Assembly: GCA_021325135.1 (NCBI GenBank)
Contig: JAJPHT010000007.1
Coordinates: forward strand, 1 to 64,000
Direction of reading: 5' to 3'
Length of the DNA stretch: 64,000 bases
DNA from: Pseudomonadota bacterium
GTDB taxonomy: Archaea > Thermoplasmatota > SW-10-69-26 > JACQPN01 > JAJPHT01
The notes below the pieces were generated by a model that was not told where the DNA came from, made no database searches, and saw nothing but the letters and a program-made list of their open reading frames with translations. Positions 1 through 9,666 of the stretch are shown here, piece by piece. Numbering within the stretch: position 1 is the first letter of the stretch; each line of letters opens with the position of its first letter. The translations under genes were made by a program, and so were the position numbers.

Positions 1-107
1 CCGACGTTCCCTCCTCCACCCTCGCCGGCTTCTCCAACATGACCGGCATCCTGGCCTTCTGCGCGACGAAGAACCTCAGCGTGGGCGGCGCCTACCGCGT
101 CCGCTGA
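1..107 (+). CDS. 3' end of a CDS truncated by the window edge (...FCATKNLSVGGAYRVR*)
   Basis: Frame 1 is open with high GC3 codon usage up to TGA at 105-107. Confidence 0.6.
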   Translation, partial: DVPSSTLAGFSNMTGILAFCATKNLSVGGAYRVR

Positions 108-127
108 GCCCCCATCACAAGCATCGG

Positions 128-232
128 TTGGTCCCCTGCTCCCGCTCCCGGTTCGGTCCGGAGCGGGGGCATCCGCGCGCCTTCGTGAGGCTGAGCGCGT
201 GGGCCGCCCCACTGCGGTCGGGCGGCTCCTCT
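128..232. terminator. Cluster of three GC-rich hairpins between convergent genes
   Basis: Inverted repeats cccgctcc/ggagcggg, gcgc..cct/agg..gcgc and gccgccc/gggcggc. Confidence 0.4.
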
Positions 233-234
233 TT

Positions 235-1152
235 CTACTTCCCCAGGTGCTCGCGCAGCACGTCCCGCGCGCGGTTCACGTCCGCCATGCGCTCCTCGCG
301 CTGGCGCCGCGCCGCCGGGTCGTCCGCCGCGCCGCGGTCGGGGTGCGTCTCCCGCGCCAGCCGGCGGTGCGCCTGCACGACCTCCTCCCAGCCGGCCGAC
401 TCGTCGAGCCCCAGCACCCAGAACGCCACCGCGACGGGCATCGTGTCGCCCTCCAGGGCGCGGCTGCGGGGCGGCGGGCGCGCCTCCTCCTCGTGCCGCA
501 GGCGGTCCAGCTCCTCCTCCAGCTTCTGCCGCTCGCGCTCCGCCCGCGCCCGGCGCACGCGCGCCTGGGCCTGCTCCTCGGCCGGCGTCAGCGGATCGCG
601 GCGCAGGTGGCGGCACCGCTCGCAGACGTGCCACGTCTCCATCACGCCGTCGTTGAGGAACCGCGCCGTCCGGTAGAGGTGCCTCCCGTCGGGCGACCCG
701 GGGCAGGGCGCGTCCGCGCTGCGGTAGCGCACGGGCTCCGCGGGGGGCTCCTGGGCGACCGGCCGCGCCTCCAGGACCAGCTGCCGGCTCGCGGGGAGCG
801 CGTTGGCCGCGCGGGCCTCGACGCGCAGCGCGCTCCATCGCTCGGAGCGACCCTCGATGGCGCGGTGCAGGTCGCGCACCGGAAGCGCCGCCGCGCCGCG
901 CCCTTCGATCTCCTCCACGAGCGCCTCCTGCACGAGCGCGCGGTCCCCGCCCGCCACCCACTCGGTCCTCACGCGCACGCCGCGGGCCGCGCGCCGCCCC
1001 CGGTTGTGGACGCGCACGTAGAGCGTGCCTCCGCGCGTCGTGCCGCGCAGGGACAGCTCGACGTCCAGGCGCGGGCGGCGCCAGAGCCACCGCGCGCCCA
1101 GGACCAGCGCGGCGACGAGGGCCCACCCGGCGACGACGACCCACGCCTGCAA
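235..1152 (-). CDS. Membrane-anchored J-domain (DnaJ-like) protein
   Basis: N-terminal TM helix; C..H..CxxC cluster; coiled coil; C-terminal 'VLGL...AHRRLARETHPDRG...VNRARDVL' J-domain with HPD. Confidence 0.8.
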   Translation of the reverse strand: MQAWVVVAGWALVAALVLGARWLWRRPRLDVELSLRGTTRGGTLYVRVHNRGRRAARGVRVRTEWVAGGDRALVQEALVEEIEGRGAAALPVRDLHRAIEGRSERWSALRVEARAANALPASRQLVLEARPVAQEPPAEPVRYRSADAPCPGSPDGRHLYRTARFLNDGVMETWHVCERCRHLRRDPLTPAEEQAQARVRRARAERERQKLEEELDRLRHEEEARPPPRSRALEGDTMPVAVAFWVLGLDESAGWEEVVQAHRRLARETHPDRGAADDPAARRQREERMADVNRARDVLREHLGK

Positions 1153-1204
1153 CGCGCCCGCATCCCGCGCCAGGCTTCATAAATCGTCGCGGGCTTGGCG
1201 CCGC

Positions 1205-1618
1205 GTGGCCCGACCCGTCTTCCTGGCTGCTCCCGAGCGCGGAGCCGGCGCGCTCGCCCTCGTCGAGGCGCTGCTGCGCGAGATCCAGGTCGCGACGGGC
1301 GGGGCGCTGAAGGGCTCCGACGTGTTCGTGCCGCACCTGCAGGTGGGCGACCCCGGCGTGGACGTGGAGGCGAGCGCCTACTTCCAGCGCTCGCTCGAAG
1401 CCCTCCAGGAGGCGCGCGTCGTGGTCGCCGTGCTGGACGGCCCACAGGCGGACGAGGGCGTCGCGTTCCTCCTGGGCTACGCCTTCGCGGCGGGGAAGCC
1501 CGTCATCGGGTACGCCACCGACGGCCGCGCCAAGGGGCCGTTCTCCGAGGGCGCCTGCGCGGAGGTGGTCCACGACGTGCGGGGCCTCGTGGCGGCGCTG
1601 GGTCGCGCGCTTCTCTGA
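1205..1618 (+). CDS. Nucleoside 2-deoxyribosyltransferase-like protein
   Basis: VFLAAP..VFVPH..VVAVLDGPQADEGVAFLLGYAFAAGKPVIGY pattern; GTG start chosen to avoid overlap. Confidence 0.75.
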   Translation: MARPVFLAAPERGAGALALVEALLREIQVATGGALKGSDVFVPHLQVGDPGVDVEASAYFQRSLEALQEARVVVAVLDGPQADEGVAFLLGYAFAAGKPVIGYATDGRAKGPFSEGACAEVVHDVRGLVAALGRALL

Positions 1619-1639
1619 GATCGGAATGCGAAAGGCCAA

Positions 1640-2560
1640 ATGGGGCCGCGCAGGCTCCTCGGGCTGGATGGGATCGTCCTGGTGAGCCTCTGGCCTCGGC
1701 GGCATTCGTCGTGGCGAAGGGCGCCGCGCCTGCGCGAGTGGAAGCCCCCCGCGCCTCGCAAGGTCCGCCTGGAGCGCAGCATCTGGATCACCATCGCCCT
1801 CGTCGTCGTGCTCTCCGGCGCCGCGAGCTACACCATCCTCAAGCTCACGGGCGAGACGCGCCTCTCGCTCTACTTCTTCGCCCTCATCGTGGGCAGCGCC
1901 TTCGCGGGCCGGCTCATCGGCGAGTACGTCTGGACCGTGGTGGGCGCCTGGTACACGCGGCTCGTGCTGCGCGTCTACGCGCGCTTCGCGCGCCGCCGCG
2001 GCGCCCGCATGATGATCACGCCCTACCCCGACTTCGTCCCCGGCCGCCTGCGCCAGACGTGGGAGGCCATGGGCTTCGCGGCGGGCCTCTCGCTCCTCGC
2101 CGCGGCCAGCATCCTCTTCGTCACCGAGGAGGACAGCAGCGCGCTCCCGTGGCTCTCCCTGGGCGGGCTCGTCCTCTCCTGCGTCCTCACCTTCATGCTC
2201 GTGCCCCACTGGACCTTCGCGCGCCTGGGGCTGCGCGTCTCCGAGCCGCGGCGCTTCGTCGTGCGCAGCCTCGCCGAGAACTACACGGGCTGGGTGCGCG
2301 TCTCCAACGGCACGATGCTCCTGGGCAGCGCGTGGTACGGCGTGAGCGCGCTCGCGGGCCGCGCGACGCGCCTGGAGATCTGGATCCTCGTCGTCGTCAG
2401 CGTCGCGTTCATGCTCGCCATCGCCATCGTCGCCATGGGCACCGCCACCGCGTTCTACAAGCGCCACGAGGAGAAGGTCCTCCAGCGCGTCGCCTCCGAC
2501 GCGAAGCGCCTCGGCTTCGTGGAGATGACCGGGGGGAACGTGGCCTCGGCGGCAGGTTGA
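1640..2560 (+). CDS. Multi-pass membrane protein, paralog of the next gene
   Basis: About 6 TM segments; shares VPxWxFxRxGLR..P.R....Y....RVSNG with 2586-3458. Confidence 0.75.
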   Translation: MGPRRLLGLDGIVLVSLWPRRHSSWRRAPRLREWKPPAPRKVRLERSIWITIALVVVLSGAASYTILKLTGETRLSLYFFALIVGSAFAGRLIGEYVWTVVGAWYTRLVLRVYARFARRRGARMMITPYPDFVPGRLRQTWEAMGFAAGLSLLAAASILFVTEEDSSALPWLSLGGLVLSCVLTFMLVPHWTFARLGLRVSEPRRFVVRSLAENYTGWVRVSNGTMLLGSAWYGVSALAGRATRLEIWILVVVSVAFMLAIAIVAMGTATAFYKRHEEKVLQRVASDAKRLGFVEMTGGNVASAAG

Positions 2561-2585
2561 AGGCCGACGCGGAGCGTGGGCGCCC

Positions 2586-3458
2586 GTGGACGTGCGGTCG
2601 AAGGCGGGGCGCGTGGCATCCGCCGGTCGCGTGGGCGACGTGCCCGTGGCGCTGCCCATCCTCATCGCCGTCGCCACGGACTTCGTCTTCGAGTTCACCC
2701 TGGGCAACCGCCCCGGCGTCTCGCTGGTGGGGCGCGCCGTGGGCTTCGCCTTCGTCGCCCTCATCGCCTACCTCTACGGCCGCTACCTGGGCACGCGCAC
2801 GTGGCCGCGCAGGGGCCGCAGGATCGCGCGCATGGTGCTGCGCTACAACACGCGCAAGGCCAACCACCCGACGATCTTCCTCTCGGACCGCCCCGACGTG
2901 ACCGTCTCCATCGGCCGGCGCATCGTGGAGGTCGTCGGCTTCTCCGCGGGCGCCTCCATCATCTTCACCGTCGCGCTCACGTTCATCCCCTCCGAGCCGG
3001 GCACCGCCGAGCTGACCGCCGGCCTCAGGCTCCTCTCCACGGGCCTCTTCACCTTCGTCGCGCTCTGGGCGTCCTTCCTCATCGTGCCCTACTGGGTCTT
3101 CGGCCGCATGGGCCTGCGCCAGATCGACCCCGTGCGCTGGCTCATCCAGCCCATGGCGCGCCGCTACGCGGACCGCCTGCGCGTCTCGAACGGCGCGCTC
3201 ATCCTCGTGGCGTTCGTCGCGATCTTCAACCTCGCGTACCGCAGCGGCGCCAACTCCAACCAGGCCATCGCCGAGAGCCTCGTCACCTTGGTGCAGGTCG
3301 TCATGAGCGTCCTCATCGCGGCCGTGACCGCCGTCGCCTACTACGTGCGCGGCGAGCGCGGCCTCGTCCTGGAGGTCGAGGAGGAGGCCCTCCGCATGGG
3401 GATCGTGGACGGGCGCGGCATGAGCGACGGGGAGTTCCTGCCCCGGCTGCCCAAATGA
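2586..3458 (+). CDS. Multi-pass membrane protein, paralog of the previous gene
   Basis: About 6 TM segments; same shared motif. Confidence 0.75.
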   Translation: MDVRSKAGRVASAGRVGDVPVALPILIAVATDFVFEFTLGNRPGVSLVGRAVGFAFVALIAYLYGRYLGTRTWPRRGRRIARMVLRYNTRKANHPTIFLSDRPDVTVSIGRRIVEVVGFSAGASIIFTVALTFIPSEPGTAELTAGLRLLSTGLFTFVALWASFLIVPYWVFGRMGLRQIDPVRWLIQPMARRYADRLRVSNGALILVAFVAIFNLAYRSGANSNQAIAESLVTLVQVVMSVLIAAVTAVAYYVRGERGLVLEVEEEALRMGIVDGRGMSDGEFLPRLPK

Positions 3459-3548
3459 GGCGTCCTCCTGGGGCGCACTTCGATTTTTCAGATGGACGGG
3501 GGTCGGGCGATAGGTTCATGCTTCATGGTTCCAATTGAACAATTGGAG

Positions 3549-3872
3549 ATGGTCAAGACGCCGGAAACGACGACGATCACGGTCCGCGCGGAGGTGAAGG
3601 AGCGGCTCGCCCAGGCGAAGGGCAGCAAGTCCTGGGACGACTTCCTCGAGGAGGTCGCAGACGAATATCTCGACCAGGCCATCGCGCTGGCCGAGGAGCG
3701 CCTCGCGGCGCTGAAGGCCCACAAGGCGAAGGCCCGCTCCCTCCTCGACCTGGACCGCGAGATCCAGAAGCTTCCCCGGGAGGCGAAAGGAAATGCCAGA
3801 GCCAGGACAAGGAACGTGGACGCTGCAGATCCATCAGGAAGCGTTCGACGAGCTTCTCGCGCTCGGACGTGA
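3549..3872 (+). CDS. Antitoxin (RHH-like, TTITV..EVKERL..K...SWDDFL)
   Basis: Archaeal antitoxin-type N-terminus; overlaps the downstream RelE-like gene. Confidence 0.7.
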   Translation: MVKTPETTTITVRAEVKERLAQAKGSKSWDDFLEEVADEYLDQAIALAEERLAALKAHKAKARSLLDLDREIQKLPREAKGNARARTRNVDAADPSGSVRRASRART

Positions 3873-4116
3873 CCGGGCGGCCCGCGTCCGGAACAAGCTC
3901 CACGCCTTGGCCGAAGACCCGTTCCGGGCCCGCCCTGGCGTGGACGTTCGCAAGCTCCGGGACCTGGCCGACGGCGGCCTCTACCGGCTTCGCGTGGGCG
4001 CGCACCGGGTGGTGTACGCCGTCATCGCCGACGACCGGACCATCCTCGTCCTGGTGGTGGCCGAGCGCGAGGCGGGGTACGGGCGCCTGATGGAGACCGC
4101 CGAGGCGCGGCTCTGA
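3793..4116 (+). CDS. RelE/ParE family toxin
   Basis: 107 aa; DVRKL..LYRLRVGAHRVVYAV motif. Confidence 0.85.
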   Translation: MPEPGQGTWTLQIHQEAFDELLALGRDRAARVRNKLHALAEDPFRARPGVDVRKLRDLADGGLYRLRVGAHRVVYAVIADDRTILVLVVAEREAGYGRLMETAEARL

Positions 4117-4126
4117 GGCTCCAAAG

Positions 4127-4291
4127 GGGGCGGGGGGTTCGGGGGGCGCAGCCCCCTGACGTTTGGTCGTCTGCTGGAACGGCTCTTTCACGTCAGGGGG
4201 GCGAGCCCCCCTGAAACCCCCATTTTGGCGGCGCTGCGGCGCGGCCGGACGATTTGCTTCAGGGGGCTTCGCCCCCCGAACCCCCCGCCCC
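4127..4291. repeat. 165-bp fold-back (MITE/REP-like) element with 33-bp terminal inverted repeats
   Basis: 4127-4159 ggggcggggggttcggggggcgcagccccctga matches the reverse complement of 4259-4291 with 1 mismatch; internal hairpin tcagggggg..cccccctga. Confidence 0.75.
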
Positions 4292-4344
4292 TTCATTTCC
4301 AAATCCGAACCTTCTTGAGCCCTCCACGACTCACCACAGATCGG

Positions 4345-6690
4345 ATGGGAACGGCCATTCTGCAGGATCTCGTCGTGGTCATGATCATCGCCGCGGCGGC
4401 CACGATCCTGTTCTACCGCCTCAAGCAGCCCGTCGTGCTCGGGTACCTGCTGGGCGGCCTCGTCGTCGGTCCCCACACCCTCGGCCTCATCAAGGATGCC
4501 GACAGCATCAGCGGCCTCTCGAACCTCGGCATCATCTTCCTGATGTTCGCCGTGGGGCTGGAGTTCGACCTCAAGAAGCTCCGCAAGGTGGGCGCCTCCG
4601 CCGCCATCGCCGCCGCGCTGGAGGTCAGCGCCATGCTGGCCATCGGCTACTACGTCGGCACGCTGGTCCTGGGCTGGAACCAGATGGACTCCATCTTCCT
4701 GGGCGCCGTGATGAGCATCAGCTCTACGACGATCATCGTGAAGATCCTCACCGAGATGGGCAAGGTGAAGGAGGAGTACGCCGAGGTGGCGTTTGGCATC
4801 CTCATCATCGAGGACATCCTCGCCGTCGTCATCGTCGCGCTCCTCACCGCCATGGGCACGACGCACACGTTCGACATCGGCATCGTGCCCAGCGTCATCG
4901 GCGCGGTCATCCTCTTCGTCTTCGTCTTCGTCTCGGTGGGCCTCGTCGTCGTGCCGCGGCTCATCGACTCCGTCTCCAAGTTCCACGTCGAGGAGGTGCT
5001 GGTCATCACCGTCGTGGGCCTCGCATTCGGGGCCGCGCTCCTCGCCGAGAGCCTCCAGTTCTCCCTCGCGCTGGGCGCCTTCCTCATCGGCGCCATCATC
5101 GCGGAGAGCCGCGCCGTGCGTCGCGTCGAGCACAAGATCGTGCCCATCCGCGACCTCTTCACGGCCATGTTCTTCGTGGCGGTGGGCATGCTCATCGACC
5201 CGCGCATGCTCGTCGAGCACTGGCAGCCCATTCTCATCATCGCCGCCGCCACCGTGGTGGGCAAGGTCGTCGCGGTCACGCTGGCCACCTTCGCCGTGGG
5301 CTACGACGGCCGCACCGCCGTCAAGACCGGCACCGCGCTGGGCCAGATCGGCGAGTTCTCCTTCATCATCGCGGGCCTGGGCGTCCTCACGCTCAACGTC
5401 GTGCGCCCCGAGCTGTACCCCATCGCCATCGCCGTGTGCGCCCTCACGACGCTCTGCACCCCGATCCTCACGCGCGTCGGGCCCAAGGCCGCGGACGCCG
5501 GGGCGAACCGCGCGCCGCGCTGGTACGTCCGCGCGCTCACCTGGTACACGCACGCCGTCCGCAAGGTCACCAGCCGCCCCATCGATCCCCTCACGAAGCC
5601 CGACCACAAGCGCGCGCGCCACGGCACGCGCATGGTGATCTACGCCGCGTGGCTCTTCGGCCTCCTCATCATGGCGGCGTTCGTCTCCGCGTGGGCCGGC
5701 GCCGAGGTGGAGGACCGCCTCCCGGTGGGCGAGAACTTCACGCGCGCCGCGAGCATCGGCTTCCTGGGCTTGACGGGCCTGCCCCTCTTCGTCGCGTTCA
5801 CCAAGGCCACCGAGGCCTACATCTTCGCGGGCGCCAAGGCGCGCTCCATGAACCCGCGCCACCTCTCCAAGCAGGACGCGCGCTATCGCCGACCCAAGTT
5901 CGTGTCGCGCTTCGTCTCCGCCCTCGCGAGCATGGTCCTCGTGGGCGCGGCCATCCGCATCGCGTGGGGCATCCACCCGCTGGCGATCCCGAACCTCTGG
6001 CTCCTCATCCCGATCCTCGTCGTGCTCACCGCCATCGGCGCCATCTTCTGGCACCCTCTGGAGCGGCTCTACCTGGGCATGGAGAAGACGCTCAACGAGC
6101 TCATGGGCCACGAGGCGGACCTCGCGCCCGGCGACGAGCGCAACCGCCGCCTCAAGGAGCGCCTCCCCTGGGGCATGGACGTGGAGGAGGTGCAGGTGCG
6201 CCCCATCGACTCCGCGGCGTACATGAACCTCAAGGACCTCAACCTGCGCGACCAGACCGGAGCGTCGGTGCTGTCCATCGAGCGCGGCAGCAAGGTCATG
6301 CCCAACCCGCACCCGGACGTCGTGCTGCTGCCCCACGACCGCGTCATCCTCATCGGCAAGCGCGACCAGATCGCCAAGGCCGCCGCGTACCTCACGAGGC
6401 TCTCGCCGCGCAGCGAGCCCGTCATGGAGGAGCACGTGCGCGTGCCGGCGTCGAGCCCCGCGATGGCGCAGCCCCTCTCCGCGCTCCAGATGGAGAGCAC
6501 GGGCGCGCGGCTGGGCCTCATCCAGAAGCGCGACGGCACGTACCTCGCGCCCAGCCCGCGCGTCGTGCTGGAGCCCGACGACCACGTCACCATCTACGGC
6601 AGCGAGGCGTCCATCGGCGCCGCGCGCGAGCGCCTCCGCGCCAGCCGCATCGTGGGCGGGCCGCGCCCGAAGCTCGGGCCCGGCAAGTGA
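4345..6690 (+). CDS. CPA2/Kef-type cation:proton antiporter with C-terminal RCK-C (TrkA-C) domains
   Basis: LKQPVVLGYLLGG, SISST, QIGEFSFI, LRDQTGASVLSIERG motifs. Confidence 0.9.
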   Translation: MGTAILQDLVVVMIIAAAATILFYRLKQPVVLGYLLGGLVVGPHTLGLIKDADSISGLSNLGIIFLMFAVGLEFDLKKLRKVGASAAIAAALEVSAMLAIGYYVGTLVLGWNQMDSIFLGAVMSISSTTIIVKILTEMGKVKEEYAEVAFGILIIEDILAVVIVALLTAMGTTHTFDIGIVPSVIGAVILFVFVFVSVGLVVVPRLIDSVSKFHVEEVLVITVVGLAFGAALLAESLQFSLALGAFLIGAIIAESRAVRRVEHKIVPIRDLFTAMFFVAVGMLIDPRMLVEHWQPILIIAAATVVGKVVAVTLATFAVGYDGRTAVKTGTALGQIGEFSFIIAGLGVLTLNVVRPELYPIAIAVCALTTLCTPILTRVGPKAADAGANRAPRWYVRALTWYTHAVRKVTSRPIDPLTKPDHKRARHGTRMVIYAAWLFGLLIMAAFVSAWAGAEVEDRLPVGENFTRAASIGFLGLTGLPLFVAFTKATEAYIFAGAKARSMNPRHLSKQDARYRRPKFVSRFVSALASMVLVGAAIRIAWGIHPLAIPNLWLLIPILVVLTAIGAIFWHPLERLYLGMEKTLNELMGHEADLAPGDERNRRLKERLPWGMDVEEVQVRPIDSAAYMNLKDLNLRDQTGASVLSIERGSKVMPNPHPDVVLLPHDRVILIGKRDQIAKAAAYLTRLSPRSEPVMEEHVRVPASSPAMAQPLSALQMESTGARLGLIQKRDGTYLAPSPRVVLEPDDHVTIYGSEASIGAARERLRASRIVGGPRPKLGPGK

Positions 6691-6747
6691 GGCCAGCCAC
6701 GAACCGGCCAATCCCTTGATGAGGCGGCTCGCCGAGGGATCGATCGC

Positions 6748-7443
6748 ATGTCCCACGCCGCGGGCGAGCCTACGGTCTCCGTCCCCGAGCCGCAGCCCCT
6801 TGTGGTCGCCGACGTCCGCGAGCCCTCCGACCTCGTGGACCTCCTTCGCGCGCAGGACGTCGAGGTGGAGCGCCGCGTCCTCGCGCCAGCCGACTTCGTC
6901 GTGGGCGGCCTCGCCGTCGAGCGCAAGAGCGTGGGGGACTTCCACGCGAGCCTCATCGACAAGCGCCTCTTCGAGCAGATGACGCGCATGGTGGCGACCT
7001 ACGACGCGTGCGCGCTGCTTCTGGAGGGCGACCTGGCGTTCTTCGCGCAGCGCCGCCACCCGCGCGCCATCTGGGGCGCCCTGGCGAGCCTCACCCTGGG
7101 CTTCGGCGTCGCCGTGCTGCCCGTCCCCGACCGCGAGGCCAGCGCCCAGATGCTCGCCGTCCTGGCGCGGCGCGCGCTGCGGGAAGGCCGCGCCGCGCCC
7201 GAGGTGCGCTTCCGGCCGCGCGCGCCCAGCATCGCCGCGCAGCAGAAGTTCGCGGTGCAGGGCCTCCCCGGCATCGGCGACGTGGTGAGCGAGGCCCTGC
7301 TGGAGCGCTTCGGCACCGTGCGGCGCGTCTTCGAGGCGGGCGAGCGCGACCTGCTGCGCGCGCCCGGCGTGGGCAAGCTGCGGGCGCGGGAGATCAGCGC
7401 CTTCCTGGACCGCCCCTTCGAAGGGCGGCAGCAGAGGCTCTGA
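6748..7443 (+). CDS. Short XPF/ERCC4 nuclease with HhH2 domain
   Basis: VADVRE, ADF..AVERKS..DF..S..D.RL..Q; C-terminal LPGIG/PGVG HhH. Confidence 0.9.
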   Translation: MSHAAGEPTVSVPEPQPLVVADVREPSDLVDLLRAQDVEVERRVLAPADFVVGGLAVERKSVGDFHASLIDKRLFEQMTRMVATYDACALLLEGDLAFFAQRRHPRAIWGALASLTLGFGVAVLPVPDREASAQMLAVLARRALREGRAAPEVRFRPRAPSIAAQQKFAVQGLPGIGDVVSEALLERFGTVRRVFEAGERDLLRAPGVGKLRAREISAFLDRPFEGRQQRL

Positions 7444-7524
7444 GTGCAGGAAGCTGCGCTAATGCAAGCCGGCCCCAGGGGGTGCTCCGCAAAAGGTTCA
7501 GGCGCCCGGGGGCGCTGGCCCCGC

Positions 7525-7842
7525 GTGCGCCTCCTCGCCCTTGCCTTGCTCGTCGCCCTGCTCGCCGGCTGCGCGCAGGCGCCCGACGGCGCGCTCCCCG
7601 GGGACAACTCCAACTTCCGCGTCTCGGGGAGCTTCGACGCCAACGCGACGCAACAGGACTACGACCGCGCCAGCGGCATCGCGGCCTCCCACGGGGGCAC
7701 GATGCAGATGCTGGAGTCGTTCCCGCCCCAGTTCATCGTCTCGGGCCTGACCGACGTCGCGTGCCAGAAGGTCAGCGAGGCGCTCCGGGCGGAGCCCCAC
7801 GTCGCGAAGGTGGGGGGCTGCGAGCCCCAGGGCGGGACGTAG
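7525..7842 (+). CDS. Small lipoprotein
   Basis: Lipobox LLAGC after a hydrophobic stretch. Confidence 0.7.
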   Translation: MRLLALALLVALLAGCAQAPDGALPGDNSNFRVSGSFDANATQQDYDRASGIAASHGGTMQMLESFPPQFIVSGLTDVACQKVSEALRAEPHVAKVGGCEPQGGT

Positions 7843-8048
7843 CCGCCGCCGAAACCCCCTCCCCATGGCTTCCGGTGGATGGAGGGTAACGCGGCGCGCC
7901 ATCGCCGCAGCGCGCCCACGGCCCCCCACAAGCCCGGGCCCGCTGGTCACAAGAAGCCGGGGTTGGCCGCGCTTTTCGCGTGGACTTCCTAACCATGCAA
8001 GGCTCTCAAACCCGGCTCTAAATAGCTCTCCAGGCCTATGGAGGGGCA

Positions 8049-8237
8049 ATGCATCTGAAGATCGATGATATCGCGGCCCTTGGCGGCGCGGCTTGGGGCT
8101 GGGCCCACGGGATCGCCGGGCTTTGGGATTGGCGCGCCGGGATCGTCGTCCTGCTCCTCGTGTGGCTGCTCAAGCGCGACGCCTCCTCCTTCGAGATCGG
8201 CTGGCGGGGGGTGCGCTGGAGAGGGAGACGGCGGTAG
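8049..8237 (+). CDS. Small Trp-rich membrane peptide (62 aa)
   Basis: GGAGG 6 nt upstream of ATG; hydrophobic core and basic tail. Confidence 0.5.
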   Translation: MHLKIDDIAALGGAAWGWAHGIAGLWDWRAGIVVLLLVWLLKRDASSFEIGWRGVRWRGRRR

Positions 8238-8322
8238 CCCCGTGTGCGGAGGAGGGACCGCCGGCGGGCGACGACGAAAGGGGGCCCGCGCCTCCGGTGC
8301 CTTGAAGTAGCAAGGGCCTCTC

Positions 8323-9540
8323 GTGCAGCCCGTGGCAGGCATCCCGGCGCTGCGCGTCCGCCCCGCGGGCAGCTTCATCCAGGGCCCCCTGCCCACCGGC
8401 TGCGCGCTCTGCGAGGCCGGCGCCAAGCTCGTCCTCTTCGTGACGGGCGTCTGCCACTACAAGTGCTTCTATTGCCCCATCAGCGAGGAGAAGCGCATGA
8501 GCCGCTTCGCGTGGGCCAACGAGCGCAAGCTCGACCTCTCCGACGAGGCCTCCGCGCTGGCGGCGCTGGCGGACGAGGTGCGCTCGCTGGGCGCCAAGGG
8601 CACGGGCATCACCGGGGGCGATCCGCTCTACGACCCCGAGCGGACGGTGAAGATGATCCGCTTCCTCAAGGCCGAGTTCGGCCCGAAGCACCACGTCCAC
8701 CTCTACACGCAGATCCCCTTCGACATCAAGTGGCTCGCCGCGATGCAGGAGGCGGGGCTGGACGAGCTTCGCTTCCATCCGCCCGACGAGACGTGGCCGG
8801 AGCCCGACAAGTGGCCGCCATACACCCGGCTGTGGCTCAAGGCCAAGGAGATGGAGGACGCGGGGCTCTGGGACGTGGGCTTCGAGATCCCCTGCATCCC
8901 CGGCTCGCAGGAGCAGATGAGCGCCCTCGTCTCGTGGCTGGAGCGGCACCGCTTCCGCTTCATCAACCTCAACGAGATGGAGTTCTCCGAGACGAACTAC
9001 GAGGCCATGCTATCAAGGGGCTATCGCATCAAGGACACCGAGACGTCCCGCGCCATGGACAGCGAGGAGGTGGCCCGCGAGGTGATGCGCCGCCACCAGG
9101 GCGCCAAGATCGCCATCCACTTCTGCAGCAGCCCGTTCAAGGACCGCGTGCAGCTCCGGCAGCGCCTCTCCCGCCAGGCGGAGCGCCGCGCGAAGCCCTA
9201 CGAGGTCGCCACGGAGGACGGCACGCTGGTGCGCGGCGTCATCGAGTGCCCCGACCCCGCGGAGATGATGGAGGAGATCGCCGCCGCGTTCGAGGTGGGC
9301 CCCGACATGATGGAGGCGCGCGGCGGCAAGGTCCTCATCGCGCCCTGGCTCCTAGAGCAGTTCGCCGAGGAGGTGCCCTTCCCGGCGTACTTCAGCGAGC
9401 GCTACCCCACCGCGACCGAGCTGGAGGTGGAGCGCATCCCCTTGAACGAGGCCGCCGAGAACGCGCCCGTGCCCGCGGCTTCCGGAACGGTGGAGCGCGA
9501 GCTGGTCGAGCTTCACAAGCTGGGCCGGCCGGGGCAGTGA
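8323..9540 (+). CDS. Radical SAM protein (archaeal COG2108-like)
   Basis: GCALC..GAKLVLFVTGVCHYKCFYCP (CxxxCxxC); GITGGDP. Confidence 0.9.
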   Translation: MQPVAGIPALRVRPAGSFIQGPLPTGCALCEAGAKLVLFVTGVCHYKCFYCPISEEKRMSRFAWANERKLDLSDEASALAALADEVRSLGAKGTGITGGDPLYDPERTVKMIRFLKAEFGPKHHVHLYTQIPFDIKWLAAMQEAGLDELRFHPPDETWPEPDKWPPYTRLWLKAKEMEDAGLWDVGFEIPCIPGSQEQMSALVSWLERHRFRFINLNEMEFSETNYEAMLSRGYRIKDTETSRAMDSEEVAREVMRRHQGAKIAIHFCSSPFKDRVQLRQRLSRQAERRAKPYEVATEDGTLVRGVIECPDPAEMMEEIAAAFEVGPDMMEARGGKVLIAPWLLEQFAEEVPFPAYFSERYPTATELEVERIPLNEAAENAPVPAASGTVERELVELHKLGRPGQ

Positions 9541-9666
9541 TCCCCTCTTCTCGCGCCCTCTGAGGAAGAGTCCCAAAAGCGCGCGTCGCCAGGGAGACAA
9601 AGGCCCGCCCCGTCGCAAGCTTTAAAGGGCCACGGCCGAACATGCCCCGTAGCCGGAGGCGTTGCC

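Noticed and set aside
92-7059. Long ORFs 92-2764(-) and 3577-7059(-), and similar ones elsewhere (17722-21189, 24399-28040, 35560-38472, 49372-51573)
   Set aside because: Antisense or off-frame shadows of well-supported genes in high-GC DNA; low-complexity Arg/Ala/Gly translations
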